Source: Mytilus edulis (taxonomy: Eukaryota). From it: a DNA stretch of 64,000 nt. Numbering within the stretch: position 1 is the first letter of the stretch; each line of letters starts with the position of its first letter. Under the pieces are notes generated by a model. That model saw nothing but the letters and a program-made list of their open reading frames with translations, was not told where the DNA came from and did no database searches. The DNA is taken from assembly GCF_963676685.1 (NCBI RefSeq), contig NC_092356.1, positions 5,952,001-6,016,000 of the forward strand, written 5' to 3'. Of the stretch, positions 63,183 to 64,000 are shown piece by piece. Position numbers and translations under genes: made by a program.

Positions 63183-64000
63183 ATAGTATCTATAAGTTGG
63201 ATGTAGAAAATGCATAACCTCCGATTTTTTTTTAACACGGACGGAGAACATATCAATCTTATAGTTCAGAAATTTTCGTGTCTGCCCTTCCATTATGTGA
63301 ATCAAGAGTAACGATTGTATCGAAAAGAGAAAAATCGAGTGCACCGTTTTATGTTAGGGCATGTTTGGGTGTATATTTTGTCTTTAAAACGTACAAAGCA
63401 AGAGTATTTTATATAGCATCTCGCTTCAGATTCTATCATTATTATATATCAAAGCTACAGGTTGACTTTATAACGTAAAAAAATGACAGTACGAAAAGAT
63501 GAAATATATGGGTCAAGTGAGATACCTATCTAATGAATCACAAAAACAGAGTAGGTGTGTTCGAATAGCTATTTTTTTCTAAAAGTACTTGACGACAGTC
63601 TTTTAATTTGGATGATGAAAATGGATATCTTCGAAAAAATATGATTTTCGTGTGTGTGATAACTAGGGTTTATAATCTTCAACCACTAAAATTGTTTAGT
63701 CTGCCCTTCCACGAAATATTTAATTAGAATTTTTTTAAATGCTTAAGAATTTTCAAAAATTCCATCTGACATCCGAACAGACAATATTTTTAAGTTGAAT
63801 CAATGCAGACAAGATCATTAACTAATGCTCATTAGCTAGTAGATACATTTGTCTTTTAAAATATAACTGACATATAACGATCGATCGTAATGGTGCTATG
63901 TGGATAAATTTATCAGTTTTCAAGAGCAAAATTGGCAGAGCGTCATCCCTACAATGGCTGCCATTTCTACGATTGTGAGCATGAACTGGCGTAATGGGGA

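Overview
AT-rich, intron- and repeat-rich metazoan DNA, most likely a mytilid or other bivalve mollusc. That assignment is inferred from the repeat families and is not proven. The main content is one spliced minus-strand gene (~49.8 kb to 14.7 kb), most of which the ORF track misses. I reconstructed 12 coding exons by hand: exons 1-11 join with GT-AG sites and consistent phases, while the exon 12 acceptor is ambiguous. The predicted ~1,240-1,270 aa type I membrane protein has the order signal peptide, Cys-rich TNFR-like ectodomain, one TM helix, ROC GTPase (with a ~150 aa insert), COR, and an NHL-type beta-propeller. It has no kinase, LRR or death domain, so it looks like a 'receptor Roco'. 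The rest is transposon and satellite DNA: a decayed BEL/Pao LTR element with its 3' LTR, many 5'-truncated Penelope-like (Naiad-type) RT copies, a type I hammerhead ribozyme plus a dead copy, a decayed Academ-like DNA transposon, Kolobok-, Ginger- and HINE-like non-autonomous elements, SINE-like repeats, 27/53/30/85-bp tandem arrays and a 509-bp tandem duplication.
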